Source: Ginglymostoma cirratum
Lineage: Eukaryota
Direction: 5' to 3'
DNA: 64,000 nt
NCBI GenBank assembly: GCA_024137785.1
Contig: JAHRHZ010000266.1
Span: 1 to 64,000, forward strand
A model generated the notes under the pieces. That model made no database searches. It was not told where the DNA came from and saw only the letters and a list, made by a program, of their open reading frames with translations. How positions within the stretch are numbered: the first letter of the stretch is position 1; each line of letters opens with the position of its first letter. Positions 50,186 through 62,393 of this stretch are shown here, in pieces. The translations under genes were made by a program, and so were the position numbers.

Positions 50186-50358
50186 AGATAACAAGGTGTG
50201 GGGCTGGATGAACACAGCAGGCCAAGCAGCATCATAGGAGCAGGAAAACTTGACGTTTCGGGCCTAGACCCTTCATCAGAAATGGGGGAGGGGAAGAGGG
50301 TTCTGAAATGAATAGGGAGAGAGGGGAAGGCGGATAGAGGTGCTTCAGGACGTGGTCG
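50186..50358 (-). mobile_element. 173-bp Penelope-like terminal-repeat insertion with perfect 15-bp TSD inside V1
   Basis: TSD agtgatagtgaccag 50171-50185 and 50359-50373; the paralogous V2 site is empty. Confidence 0.9.
50248..50283 (-). ncRNA. Minimal type-I hammerhead ribozyme motif (PLE-associated)
   Basis: Reverse strand AUUU-CUGAUGA-A-GGGUC-UA-GGCCC-GAA-ACGU-C-AAGU: core boxes, stem II, palindromic ACGU stem III, GUC cleavage triplet, 4-bp stem I. Confidence 0.65.
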
Positions 50359-51384
50359 AGTGATAGTGACCAGCATCCTCTTGGCTCAGTCCATCCATCA
50401 TTATTGAGACATCTCTTTTGCTGATATTCCCCACGAATCTGAATCGATTCCCACCATCCCGCTGTATCACATTCTCACACAGCTCACCCTGGGAATGGAC
50501 TGGACCAGAATATGTACACTTAAAGGCAACACCTTTGTTCTGTTTTTTCCCATATCATGGAGCCGGTGAGTGCGCGACTGGCTGGGTGGGTGAAGCTGCA
50601 GGGTAAAACAACAGTTCTTCCTTTCTCATCCAACACATTATCCGCAACTGTCATTGACCAACCATTTTCAGAAAACTCTGTGAGGAAGCAGAAAGAGAAA
50701 GAGAGAGAGGGAAGATATGAACACAGCACAGTCACGCCGAAGTGAAGTAAAACCCTGAATCTCTCACATAGTGAGAAAAGATAAAATGTCATTCTATCAT
50801 GGTTTCTGAATTGGCCTGAGACAGTGTGGATTGAGCTACAGACTGGAATACGACACAGGGCTTCAGGTGATTTGTGAGCATCCTGACATTCGACTATGGG
50901 TGTCTGGTGCTGTTAATTGAAAAGAGTATTTGATGTCTGAAAGTTTTCTGAACTCTCCATTGTTCCAGGAGACCCAGCGTTGTCTGAAAAGCAAAACTCA
51001 GGGTCCTTCCATCAGAATCTTTTCTATTTCCCATCAATTTCGACTCAATTACCAAGCCAGCCTTCAGCAAACTGGATTATTTATCAGTCGTAACAAGGGG
51101 ATGGGATACGCAATGGAGTTTCAGCAGGGGGAAAACATGGAGAAATAAACAAGGACAACTGACGCCAAAAAAAATTAAATTTGTCATAGACCCAGAGAAC
51201 AGTTGTCTCATTAGAGAGAGACAACTGGTGGTGATTTAGCCTGAGGGTCACCACAGGCAAGGGGCAAGGTTGAGAAAGTGGCACCTACATGGTAGCCTCA
51301 GACAGTAAGGGAATTAAACCTATATTGTTGAATCACTCGACATCGCAAACCAACTGTCCAACTATCTGACTATCCAGTCGTTTC

Positions 51385-54320
51385 AGTGGCAGGAGTCCGG
51401 AAGGAGGCGTGAGGGCAGCCTGGGACGGTAAGCTTCTCCTTTAAGAACTTACCTCATGAATAGGCGGAGTGCGCATCGAGCAGGAGAAGACACGGGACGG
51501 TTGAGAAAGTGAGGTAATATATTTGGGCTATTTGAAGTGTGTCTACTTCAACGCCAGGAGCATCCGGAATAAGGTGGGTGAACTTGCAGCATGGGTTGGT
51601 ACCTGGGACGTTGATGTTGTGGCCATTTCGGAGACATGGATAGAGCAGGGACAGGAATGGTTGTTGCAGGTTCCGGGGTTTAGATGTTTCAGTAAAATCA
51701 GGGAAGGTAGTAAAAGAGGGGGAGGTGTGGCATTGTTAGTCAAGGACAGTAGAGAGTCAAGGTGGTAGAAAGGACATTTGATGAGGACTTGTCTACTGAG
51801 GTAGTATGGGCTGAGGTTAGAAACAGGAAAGGAGAGGTCACCCTGTTGGGAGTTTTCTATAGGCCTCCGAATAGTTCCAGAGATGTAGAGGAAAGGATAG
51901 CAAAGATGATTCTGGACAGGAGCGAAAGGAACAGGGTAATTGTTATGGGGGACATTAACTTTCCAAATATTGACTGGAAACGCTATAGTTTGAGTACTTT
52001 AGATAGGTCAGTTTTTGTCCAATGTGTGCAGGACGGTTTCCTGACACAGTATGTAGATAGGCCAACAAGAGGCGATGCCACATTGGATTTGGTACTGGGT
52101 AATGAACCAGGCCAGGTGTTAGAATTGGAGGTAGGTGAGCACTTTGGTGATAGCGACCACAATTTGGTTATGTTTACTTTAGTGATGGAAAGGGATAGGT
52201 ATACACCGCAGGGCAAGAGTTATAGCTGGGGGAAAGGCAGTTATGATTAGGCAAGATTTAGGATGCATAGGATGGGGAAGGAAACTGCAGGGGCTGGGCA
52301 CAATTGAAATGTGGAGCTTGTTCAAGGAACAGCTGCTGCGTGTCCTTGATAAGTATGTACCTGTCAGGCAGGGAGGAAGTGGTCGAGTGAGGGAACCGTG
52401 GTTCACTAAAGAAGTTGAATCTCTTGTCAAGAGGAAGAAGGAGGCTTATGTAAAGATGAGGCGTGAAGGCTCAGTTAAGGCCCTTGAGAGTTACAAGTTA
52501 GCCAGGAAGGACCTAAAGAGAGAGCTAAGAAGAGTCAGGAGGGGACATGCGAAGTCTTTGGCAGGTAAGATCAAGGAAAACCCTAAAGCTTTCTGTCAGG
52601 AATAAAAGAATGACCAGAGTAAGATTAGGGCCAGTCAAGGACAGTAGCGGGAAGTTGTGCATGGAGTCCGAAGAAATAGGAGAGTATTTTTCATCAGTAT
52701 TCATACATGAAAAAGACAATGTTGTCGAGGAGAATACTGAGATACAGGCTATTAGACTAGACAGGATTGAGGTTCATAAGGAGGAGGTGTTAGCAATTCT
52801 GGAAAGTGTGAGAATAGATAAGTGTCCTGGGCCGGATGGGATCTATCCTAGGATTCTCTGGGAAGCTAGGGAGGAGATTGCAAAGTCTTTGGCTTTGATC
52901 TTTGTGTCGTCATTGTCTACAGGAATAGTGCCAGAAGACTGGAGGATAGCAAATGTTGTCCCCTTGTTCAAGAAGGGGAGTAGAGACAACCCTGGTAATT
53001 ATAGACCAGTGAGCCTTACTTCGGTTGTGGGTAAAGTGTTGGAAAGAATTATAAGAGATAGGATTTATAATCATCCAGAAAGGAATAATTTGATTAGGGA
53101 TAGTCAACACGGTTTTGTGAAGGGTAGGTTGTGCCTCACAAACCTTATTGAGTTCTTTGTATATGGATTTCAGTAAAGCATTTGATAAGGTTCCCCACGG
53201 TAGGCTATTGCAGAAAATTCAGAGGCATGGGATTGAGGGTGATTTAGTGGTTTGGATCAGAAATTGGCCAGCTGTAAGAAGACAGAGAGTGGTGGTTTGA
53301 TGGGAAATGTTCATCCTGGAGTTCAGTTACTAGTGGTGTACCGTAAGGATCTGTTCTGAGGCCACTGCTGTTTGTCATTTTTATAAATGACCTGGATGAG
53401 GGCGTAGAAGAATGGGTTAGTAAATTTGTGGATGACACTAAAGTCGGTGGAGTTGTGGACAGTGTGGAAGGATGGTGCAGTTTACAGAGGGACATAGATA
53501 AGCTGCAGAGCTGGGCTGAGAGCTGGCAAATGGAGTTTCATGGGGAAAAGCGTGAGGTGATTCACTGTGGAAGGAGTAACAGGAATACAGAGTTCAGGGC
53601 TAATGGAAAGATTCTTGGTAGTGTGGACGAATGGAGAGATCTCAGTGTCCATGTGCATAGATCCCTGAAAGTCGACCCAGGTTGATAAGGTTGTTAAGAA
53701 GGCATACGGTGTGTTAGGTTTTATTGGTAGAGGGATTGAATTTCTGAGCCATGAGGTCATGTTGCAGCTGTACAAAACTCTGGTGCGGCCAGACTTGGAG
53801 TATTGCGTACAGTTCTGGTCGTCGCATTATAGGAAGGATGTGGAAGCATTGGAAAGGGTGAAGAGGAGATTTACCAGGATGTTGCCTGGTATGGAGGGAA
53901 GGTCTCATGAGGAAAGGCTGAGGGACTTGAGGCTGTTTTCGTTAGAGAGAAGAAGGTTAAGAGGTGACTTCATAGAGACATACAAGATGATCAGAGGATT
54001 GGATAGGGTGGACTGTGAGAGCCTTTTTCCTTGGATGGTGACGGCTAGCATGAGAGGACATAGCTTTAAATTGAGGGGTGATAGATATAGGACAGATGTC
54101 AGAGATAGATTCTTTACTCAGACAGTAGTAAAGGCATGGAATGCCTTGCCTGCAGCAGTTGTAGACTCGCCAGCTTTAAAGGCATTTAAATGGTCATTGG
54201 ATAAACATATGGATGATAATGGAATAGTGTAGGTTAGATGGGCTTCAGATTGGTTTCACAGGTCGGCGCAACATCGAGGGCTGAAGGGCCTGTACTGCGC
54301 TGTAATGTTCTATGTTCTAC
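51385..54320 (+). mobile_element. CR1 LINE with 5'UTR joined directly to ORF2 (ORF1 absent), (gttctat)n tail
   Basis: YLKCVYFNARSIRNK, GDINFPNIDW, QHGFVKGRLCLTNL, LVRPDLEYC; 5' end matches that of the 36690-40417 element. Confidence 0.92.
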
Positions 54321-54659
54321 CTGAGCTAACTGACCCTGAGACGACAAACCAAGTCAGTCCAGAGGGCAATGTGAATACTGTCAGCATAGCATGGCTGGAT
54401 GGCATTTACTTGTGAGTAAGGCAGATGAGCTGAGGGTGTTGCTTAATGCGTGATGATGTGATATTGTTGTTATCATTGAAATGTGTAGAGGGTGGGGAAG
54501 GATCAGCAGCACAATGTTCCAAGGTATAGAACCTTAAGATGAAATATATGTGAATGGAAGTGAAAGTAAAAGAGGAGGTGGTGTTGCACCATTGATCATA
54601 GGGTCCATTGCCATAATAAGAGGGATGATATCCCAGAATGTTCCTCAATGAGGCCCGAT

Positions 54660-55893
54660 GGTTAGAATGCACAAACAAAAAATTCCACCACCACCTTCTG
54701 TCTCCTACTGCCAAGCTAATTTTGTGTCCAATTGGCAAGCTCTCCTTGAATCTCGTGATCTAAGTTTGCTAAATAGTCTACCATGTGGAACATTGACAAA
54801 GGCTTTACTGAAGTCCATGTAAACAACGTTTACTGCTCCGCCCTCATTGTTTTGTTTTTGATTACGTCTTCAAAAAACTCAATCAAGTCTGTGTGACACA
54901 ATTTCCCATGCACAAAGGAATGCTGGCAATTCCTAATCTGTCCTTGCCTCTCCAAACTCATGTAAATCCTATCTCTCACAGTCCGCTCTAATACCTTCCC
55001 TGCCACTAATGTCAGACTCAAAAGGTTTATGGTTCCCAGGCTCCTCCTTACAGCCTTTCTTAAATAAAAGTACAACATCAACAACCCTCCAGTCCTTCAG
55101 CGCCTCCCCTGTTGCTGTCGATGATACAAATATCTCTGCTAGGGACCACACAATTTCTTCCTTAACCTTCCACACTGTCCTGGGATTCACTTGCTCAGGT
55201 CCATGAGATTTATCCACCTTGATGTTTTTTTAAGACCTCCAGCACTTCCTCTTCTGTGATGTGGACTGTTTTCAAGACATCAACATTTATTTCCCTGAGC
55301 TCCATGCCTTCATTTCTTTCTCCACAGTGAAAAATGATGCAAACTATTCATTTAGTATCTCTCCCATTTCCTGTGGTCCCACATATGGACAACTTTGTTG
55401 ATCTATTCCCTCCCTAGTTACTCTTTAGCGCTTAATAAACTTGCAGAATCTCTTTTGATTATCCTTAACGTTACCTGCCAAGGCTTTCTCACATCCAGAT
55501 CTTGCCCTCTTGATTTCCCTCTGAATAATGCCCCTATACCTCTTGTACTCTTCAAGAGATTCGCTTGATCCCAGTTGTCTGTACCTAGTATGAGACTCCT
55601 TCTTATTCTTGACCATAGCCTCAAAATCTTTCTTCATCCATTGTTCCTTACTCATATCAGCCTTACCCTCCAAGAAGGAGGGTAAGTACTTCTGAATTCT
55701 CGTTATCTTACCTTTGAAAGCTTCTCACTTGCCAGTTGTCCCATTACCTGTGTGCAGTCTACTCCAATCAACTTTTCAAAGCTGCTGCATTGTACCATCA
55801 AAATTTGCCTTACTCCAATCAGGAACCTTAACTTCTACACAAGGCCTATCTTTTTCCACAACTATTTTAAAACTAATAGAATTATGGTCACAA
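54660..55893 (-). mobile_element. Degenerate CR1 ORF2 fragment
   Basis: CDHNSISFKIVVEKD, MDKSHGPEQVNPR, QHSFVHGKLCHTDLIEFF. Confidence 0.8.
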
Positions 55894-58800
55894 ATGGTTT
55901 CAAATGGGCATTTCATATCTGTATTTACTACAGAAAGAAGTCCATTGTAGGTAAAGAAATCAGTGATGGGAACTGTGATAAATGTGAACAAGGCAGCAAA
56001 TATAAGCTGGAAGAAGTGATCATTTTATCAGGCTTGAAAGTGGTTAAATCCCCAGGCTCAGATGAGATATATCCCAGGTTGTATGTGGGGCAAGGGAAAA
56101 GAATGCAGTGGCTCTAATATTAATTCTCAAATCCCCTCTGGCCACAGGAAGAGTGCCAGAGACTAAAGGACAGCTAATGTGGTAAAATTATTCAAAACAG
56201 GTGGTAGTGATAAACCAGGAAACTACAGGCCAGTGAGGCTAACATCAGTGACAGGGAAACCATTGGAAACAATTCCGAGGGACAAAATGAAACTCTACTT
56301 GGAGACGTAGGATTAACCAAAGATAATCAGCATGGGTTTGGAAAGAAATTGGATTAGATTGAATTTTTTGAGGAGGTGACCAGGTGTATATGTGAGTGTA
56401 ATGCAGTTGATGTATATTGGTTTCAGTAGGCTTCACTTAAGGGTGTCTCACTCAACTCACTTTCTACACGGTCACCAGATAGGTTTCTCTCTGCCCATCC
56501 AGGAAACACATTAAAATAAACCAATTCAGTGACTCTTTCTTGCTCTCCTCTTTTGGACTACTGAAACATATTCAGATTTTTTTTCAGTTCTGATGGTCTG
56601 GAGATTTCTTTCCAATTCTCAACCTAGAGACTTTTATAAAATTGAAAAAGAAACTGTACTTCTGCTGTGATAACAAGCATGGGGCTGGATGAACACAGCA
56701 GGTCAAGCAGCATCATAGGAGCAGGAAAACTTGACGTTTCGGGCCTAAACCCTGTTTTGACTTCTATTCTTCTGAACTCAACTACTAGTGGTACTGAACC
56801 ATCTGTTCACATCAATCGTAAAACTCAACTTTGGAGATATTCAGCAATTAACTCCCCATTTCACTTAGCTTAATGGACATACTTTCTCAAAAGATTGTCT
56901 TTACTTCGCTATTCTGAATCATTCTTTGACACTTTCTCAAAAAAAAGGTCATTTTCACAGAACCTAAATACAAAATCTATTTCCCTTAACTTTTGAATAC
57001 AAATCCTGAATTGATAAAACTATTTTATAAAGATCGTCACATTGTTCCTCCTGTTTCTGGATCACTTTGTGCGTGGGAACAGTCTCTCTCTATCTAAACT
57101 ATCCTGACTCCCTTTTGATTTTGACATCACAAAATCGCCTCTCAGACTTCCTTTTGGCCCAGATCCATTTTTAACCCAGTAATGTAATGACCTCTCGTTA
57201 TTTTGATGGTTCCAATTGTGCTGTTTGTAGCAACAGGAAACATTCTCTCTGTGTTCACTCTGTTGAAATATTGCACAATTTCAAATATCTCTGTGCAATT
57301 ATCCCTATATTTTGGTGCTTATTTGAAGGGAGTATTTTGATTTACTGGGAGGCTATGATTGTCGTAAGTCTGACATCTACTACTGCTGCTTCAGACTGTG
57401 TAATAAGTTATGGGACTAAGGGAGACAAACAGGAGGCTGAAAGAATACAGCAAGCTAGGCAGCATGTCGAGGAAAGAAGAAGTCAATGTTTCAAATATTA
57501 CCCTTCTTCTGGACTGGGGAAGGGCCATACCCAAAACAATGACTTCTCCTTTCCTCTAAATGCTGCCTAGCTTGCAGTGTTTTTCCAGCTTTCTGTTTGT
57601 TTGCCTTGGATTCCCGCATCTGCAGTTTTTTGCCTCTAACCAATTTATGAGACTAACCCATCGTATTCTTATAAAATTTGCAGTGATTGACAGCATTTTA
57701 AGGTGTTTTCCACATGAAGGTGTATAGCATCACAACATCTCCTGAGTGATTAAGTGGTGTAATCAGCTCCCCACCTTTTCTTTAGGATCTTCTAGTGAAT
57801 TAGGGTCCATTAATGATAACAATGTCTGATGATGCCTTGAATAAATTGAAGGCTTGAATCCAAGGTTTTTTGAAGCAGGGACACATCCTACTGGACCACA
57901 GCAATGTTCTACGCATTGAACAGGAAAGAATCAAATGACTTAGCCCACCAAGACCATAAAACTGGTTCCCCATGACAACCTCGCATACCTCCCTCCCTTA
58001 CAGCCCAATAAGTAACAGTGCCGAAGCCAGTGGCAGCTGTACCCAAAGGCGCTAGATAAGCCACGAGAAACAAGATTGACATGGATTCCAGCAGTCTGAA
58101 TGTTGCACTAGGAGATGCCAAAAGGGAAAATTGCTGCTTCAAAACCACCTACTAAAGCAGTAATGAAAGACAGGAACAAGGTTGTTGGACAGCAGTTGGA
58201 CTGAAACGTGGAAATCCTGTGTAATTTGCTCTTATCCAAGTGATTACTAAAAAAGGGGAAGTAATGGTCTCATTGTACTGTTAGCAGGCTGTCAACATAG
58301 AGACCCAGGTAATGTTGTGTGGGCTGGGGTTCAAATCCCAACACAGAAGTGTTCATTTCTTTCTCAAAAAATCTGGAATTTAGAGTCTCATGATGACCAT
58401 GACCACTTAGGAAGGAAATCTGCCTTTCTTACCATTTTGGTCTATTTGTGACTCCAGACCCACAATAATGTGGGTGACTGTGAACTGCCCTCTGGGCAAT
58501 TACGGATGGACAATGAATACTGACCCAGCCAGTGACAACTGCATCCCATGAATGAATGATAAAAACAACATGTCCACGGCAGTTGACAAGAACAAACCCT
58601 TATTGTCCTTAGGGTTCAGGCATTTCTGACAACGACCAACGAGATTGACTGTTCCGAGTGTGAAAATGTTGAGGAGCATTTTGGAGAGGATAGCCCAGCT
58701 TACAATCACGAGTCTCAAAGCAAGGTAATGCATCAGAGACAAAAGAAAACCATAAGAAAGCAAAATGAACGTCTTTTAAAAAAACAACATTCTTGGAAAG

Positions 58801-60039
58801 GATTCAAGGAGAAGAAAGAGTGAACAGACTCCAGCTTTTTGCTCCAGAATCGGGAAGGCTGACGAATGGAGATGTTGAAAGTCATGAGATGTTGGGTAGG
58901 ATAGACAAACAACAAATGTGAAGGGAGCTGAAACAGGGAACCGTAGATATAATAGTCACCACCACATCAGCAAGGGATTCAACACTCGCTTCTCTCTGCA
59001 GGGAGTGGTTAGAATGTGGAACCTGCTAATGCACCAAGAGGTTGACACAGTGACCACTGTTGTATTTAAGGGGAAGCTTGATCAAATCTTGAGGGAGGAA
59101 GCGACAGAAAGAAATGCTAACAAAGTGAATTAAAGAAGGGTGGGGAGGAACTTGTGCAGAAAATGACTAGTGCCAAAAGCCAACAGAAAGGATGGATTGA
59201 GTCTTGCTGTAGAAACAATATCATGTGGAATTGAAAGCTCCCTGCCTAACCTTTGACTGTCAGCTATTAAAATGAGAGAGAATGAGGTTCTTGAGCATTT
59301 GTACCTAATTTTAGGAATGCAGCCACACCCTTGACTAGTTTGCTACAAGAATAAAGAAGGTGGACTAATGCCAGGCAACCTTTGAAAAGCTAAAAGTAAT
59401 TTTAACAATTGAACCCGTATTAACTATGCCACGCTTTAATACAATATACAAGATACAATATAATACAGCACAGGAACAGACTCTTTGGTCCACCAAGCCT
59501 GTGCTGATTCATTGTCCTGATGTAGATGAGCTATTTATTGCCCATCCACAGTTTCTATCCCTCTGTTTGCCTCCAACTCAGCGATTACTTCCTAATAAAT
59601 AGCGGTCTCTAATTTACTCACTATCTGACCTCCCTGTACTAACCAGAAGATGAAATAACTGTGCTAACCATTTCGAAAAACTGAGACACACGTACCCTGT
59701 ACTGCAGTGAGATTCCTTCACGTGTACGACCAAGGGAATGAATGGGTTAACACGAACTGGCACTGACCAATCAGAAACCATTCTCCCTATTCCCACTGTG
59801 ATAGGACAGCAGGACACCGCCCTGGTATAACAAGGTGTGGAGCTGGATGAACACAGCAGGCCAAGCAGCATCATAGGAGCAGGAAAGCTTGATGTTTCGG
59901 GCCAAGACCCTTCTGGAATGGGTGGCTGCTGGCTCCTCCTGAAGGAAATGTGCCTGAACTGAAACTAGGCCTGAGAACCCCCACACTCGATTTTAAATCT
60001 TCCCTCCGGCTCCTGCTGCTGCTTCCTCCTGAAGGAATG

Positions 60040-60320
60040 TACTTGAAACAATAAACCATTTCAATTAACGGGAGCTGTTTACGATTTGGGGATTGGAGCA
60101 TTTTACAGGATGACAAGGCTGGAATGGAGACCCTTATGGCTTATTATTCAAAAAAAGTTAACCAACATCAGAAAAACAGTTTAACAATAGAGAAGGAAGC
60201 ATTGTTATCAGCTCTTCAACAATTTGAAGTTTATTTTGACATGGAAACAATGAGACTGTGGTTTTCGCTGATCATGTTCCACTTAATTATGGAGAAAAAA
60301 AATTAAAATATAGCCTCCAA
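60040..60320 (+). mobile_element. Ty3/Gypsy RNase H fragment
   Basis: AYYSKKVNQHQKNSLTIEKEALLSALQQFEVY (ORF 60124-60306). Confidence 0.75.
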
Positions 60321-61126
60321 GGTGGTGCAGATGGAATTTAGATCTGCAGCTGGAGAGATGGCAGAGGACGAGAGAAAAACCAATGTGGTACCATGATTCT
60401 AAAAGGATCCTTAACAGCAGGATCTCTTCTTATTGTTAACTCAATACACATTACTAGATCTAAAATAACATGTTCCCGGGCAGAGACTGCAATGTGCTTC
60501 TCTAAGAAACAATCCTTTCTGCATTTTGCGCATTTAATTTCTTTGTTATCCTTGCCTATCTGATTCGTTGAGTCAAAATGCAAATTAAAATCACTCTCTT
60601 ACATACTTCCACCATTCCTGGGTCATAGTGTATCCTGCAGCGAGTCAATTTTTCCATGGCCTATAAACATCTCCCACCAGAGACTTTTTTGCCTCAATGT
60701 TCCTCATTTCCACGCGAACTAATTCCACATGATCTACTGTATTTATACTACTTCTCACTACCACACTGATGCCTTCCTTTATTAACAATGCGACCCCACC
60801 TCCTTTCATTTTTTGCTAATTTTTCCAGACAGATGGAAGAGCCCAAAGTTCTCAATTGTTACCATCATTTCTTACCCTGCTGCTAATACCTACTGCACCT
60901 TTCTTCTCCTTTTCTTCTCCTTCCCATCACACTTTGATAGTCTTTCACCTCTTCACTACCCTGCAGTCTCTATTCTTTTGTTTCTTTTCGATTGGTTGAG
61001 AGGGAACTGGATAAAGTGCATCAGATTATGACAGGGTAGGATAAATAAGAATGTGTTTTTCATCAGTAGAGGGGTCGATGACTAGGGAATATAGATTTAA
61101 TGAAAGGGATAGAAGATAAAAGAAGT

Positions 61127-61423
61127 TGGGGCAGTATGGTGGCTCAGTGGTTAGCACTGTAGCCTCACAGTACCAGGGACCTGGGTTCAATTCCACCCTT
61201 GGGTGACTGTCTGTGTGGAGTTTGCACATTCTCCCTGTGTCTGTGTGGATTTCCTCCAGGTACTCTGTTTTCCTCCCACAGTCCAAAGATGTGCAGGTCA
61301 GGTTGATTGGCTATGCCAAATTGCCCATGGTTTTCAGGGTCTGTAGATTGGGTGGGATGCTCCAAGGGTCAGTGTGGACTTGTTGGGCTGAAGGGCCTGT
61401 TTCCACACTCTAGGGATTCTATG
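61127..61423 (+). mobile_element. V-SINE (HE1-like), full length
   Basis: A box gtggctcagtgg, B box ggttcaattcc, V-domain, CR1-like tail; degenerate TSD ataaaagaagttg/ataaaaggagggttg; empty site in paralog near 2725-2745. Confidence 0.88.
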
Positions 61424-61854
61424 AAATAAAAGGAGGGTTGAGGAGATACTTTTTTGCACAGATTCTGACACTTGCTGCCTGAAAGGCCAGTTGAGTTCGA
61501 AACGCTGGTAACATTTGACCAGTATTCAGGTATTCATCTGCATGTCTATTTGCTCTTCAGTAGCCTGCACCTCTACTGTCTCATTTCTTTTTAATTTTTA
61601 AAGCTTCCCTCCAATTGAATCCATCCTCCCACACCCACCCTTATCCCACTTATTAGTTTAAAGCCCTCAATAAGGTGCCTAAAAGGCAGATGGACCATGT
61701 GCTGCAAAATGAGAGAAGTATAGTCAGATCTTTGTTCACTGACACAAATATGATGGGCCAAATGACTTCTTTCTATGTTGTAAATGTTGAAGAGTTTATG
61801 AACCTACAACAAAGACTTCAAGGAATGAATCTTCATGCTTGTAATAGTTAATTG

Positions 61855-62076
61855 CAAAACCGAAAGAACTGTGGATGCTGTAAATCAGGAACAAAAACAG
61901 AAAGTGCTGGAAAAGCTCCCCAGGTCTGTCAGCATCTGTGAAGAAAAACTCAAAGGTAACGTTTCAGGTCTGGTGCCCCTCCCTCAGAACCTTGGGTCAA
62001 CGGACCTGAAACTTTAACTCTGATTTTTGCTGCCAGACCTGCTGAGCTTTTCGAGCAACTTCTGTTTTTATTCCTG
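61855..62076. mobile_element. Fold-back Penelope-like insertion
   Basis: TSD-like aatagttaattg 61843-61854 / aacagttaattg 62077-62088; empty site aacagttgatt near 3150-3160 in the paralog. Confidence 0.8.
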
Positions 62077-62393
62077 AACAGTTAATTGTCACTGGTTGAC
62101 TGGCAGTAATTCAGACTCGTCATATTGATAAAACGGCATTGAGGCTGAAATAGACAAAATGTAACTTTCTACGCTGAAGTCAGCTTGTACCACAGAGTGT
62201 AGTAACTTCATATCATTCAGTAAATCTCAATGGTCAGACAACAGCAGGGTTTGGTTGTATCAATTAGCAAATTTTGGTTTTCTGTGTTCTGAATCTACAG
62301 TATTATTGGTAAGAAATAACAATAAATGCCTTTTGTCTCATCATTGTTACTTCTCAGTCAGCTATGCCCCAACATCTCTCTTAAATCTGGTTG

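Larger units (their letters stand above)
50108..50677 (-). pseudogene. Siglec-15-like Ig V-set exon V1, frameshifted and interrupted by a PLE insertion
   Basis: cctcacag acceptor; FSENGWSMTVADNVLDEKGRTVVLPCSFTHPASRALTGSMIW../GVAFKCTYSGPVHSQGELCENVIQRDGGNRFRFVGNISKRDVSIMMDGLSQEDAGHYH[insert]CCVELSTGSFQARFLTYLEVQ then G|gtgag; +1 frameshift after the Trp codon. Confidence 0.9.

Noticed and set aside
30188-50677. V exons as rearranging Ig/TCR/IgNAR V segments
   Set aside because: Each exon already includes the G strand and ends in a splice donor, no heptamer/nonamer RSS was seen at the 3' ends, and the motifs fit Siglec-15.
61127-61200. tRNA gene
   Set aside because: A/B boxes are the head of a V-SINE followed by V-domain and LINE-like tail; same for the copies near 22150 and 4500.
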